From Clostridiales bacterium (GTDB taxonomy: Bacteria; Bacillota; Clostridia; Christensenellales; CAG-138): DNA of 64,000 bases. Made by a program: the position numbers and the translations under genes. Below the pieces are notes generated by a model. That model saw only the letters and a program-made list of their open reading frames with translations, was not told the origin of the DNA and ran no database searches. The stretch spans positions 5,224-69,223 of the forward strand of contig SFCQ01000005.1 in assembly GCA_004558525.1 (NCBI GenBank). The letters run 5' to 3'. Shown here piece after piece: positions 63,732-64,000 of the stretch. The number at the start of each line of letters is the position of its first letter. The first letter of the stretch is position 1.

Positions 63732-64000
63732 TTGACTAAAGAGCAATTACTTGAAAAATCATTGGGCGACCTCAGGGAGATAGCCAAGCTTCAGGGCGTA
63801 AAGTCCATCACAAAATACCGTAAGAACGAGCTGGTGGATATAATAATGAACGGCGGGGCAAAGCCGCAGGAGGCGGATAAGGCCGGTACTGATGACGCTG
63901 AGCCGGCAGCCGCCGATGCGCAGCCTAAAGCCGACCCGCAGGCGGCAAAAAACGAGCAGCCTGTACAGAGCATACAGGGCGAGCAGGCGGAGACGCAGGG
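63732..64000 (+). CDS. rho: Transcription termination factor Rho, 5' part (runs off the window)
   Basis: TTG start follows GAAAGGAG. Rho_N motif LGDLREIAKLQGV..YRKNELVDII is followed by an acidic low-complexity insertion. Confidence 0.7.
   Translation, partial: MTKEQLLEKSLGDLREIAKLQGVKSITKYRKNELVDIIMNGGAKPQEADKAGTDDAEPAAADAQPKADPQAAKNEQPVQSIQGEQAETQ

Noticed and set aside
1-64000. CRISPR arrays, rRNA genes, transposase/IS elements, reverse transcriptase (DGR or retron), and toxin-antitoxin or known defence-system gene pairs.
   Set aside because: None was seen. There are no regularly spaced repeats, and no transposase, RT, nuclease-helicase or other defence-type ORFs among the translated frames.

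Overview
The window looks like chromosome from a spore-forming, amino-acid-fermenting Clostridia-type Firmicute. Supporting genes are spoIIR-sleB-ypeB, yabP-yabQ-divIC, an Rnf complex and an ornithine Stickland operon. Most genes share a distinctive codon habit: Ile is mostly ATA, Arg AGG and Leu CTT. Three stretches break that habit by eye. The first is 1-2987, the end of an integrative element with a TnpW-like gene and a large serine recombinase. The second is about 17.05-17.5 kb, one AT-rich orphan gene. The third is about 57.9-60.6 kb, a yerC-like gene plus an amino-acid ABC transporter. The most interesting signal is a complete, uninterrupted, short-tailed (P22-like gene order) virion gene set split into two co-oriented modules. 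Module 1 (10523-14015) has an ArpU-like activator, a large terminase and a portal. Module 2 (41082-49925) has a scaffold candidate, major capsid protein, adaptor, tail proteins, endolysin and holin. They are separated by about 27 kb of ordinary host-style genes. Neither module has an adjacent integrase, repressor, replication module, recognisable full-length small terminase or tape measure. Each has its own promoter region, the two regions share a TTGC(G/A)CACA-type repeat, and module 2 sits behind two tandem intrinsic terminators. I read this as a candidate domesticated phage or gene-transfer-agent-like particle locus; a decayed, rearranged prophage is the alternative. Other observations: an rnfCDEAB operon with no rnfG; a roughly 35-bp intergenic repeat family in 4 copies; a hairpin-dense 270-bp spacer; tandem paralogous lipoproteins with a near-identical 5' segment; and an AraC regulator with two complete HTH domains next to a full ord-ortAB-oraSE-orr ornithine cluster. 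I found no rRNA, tRNA or CRISPR array. All functional calls rest on my reading of the translated ORFs and motifs; no database search was run.
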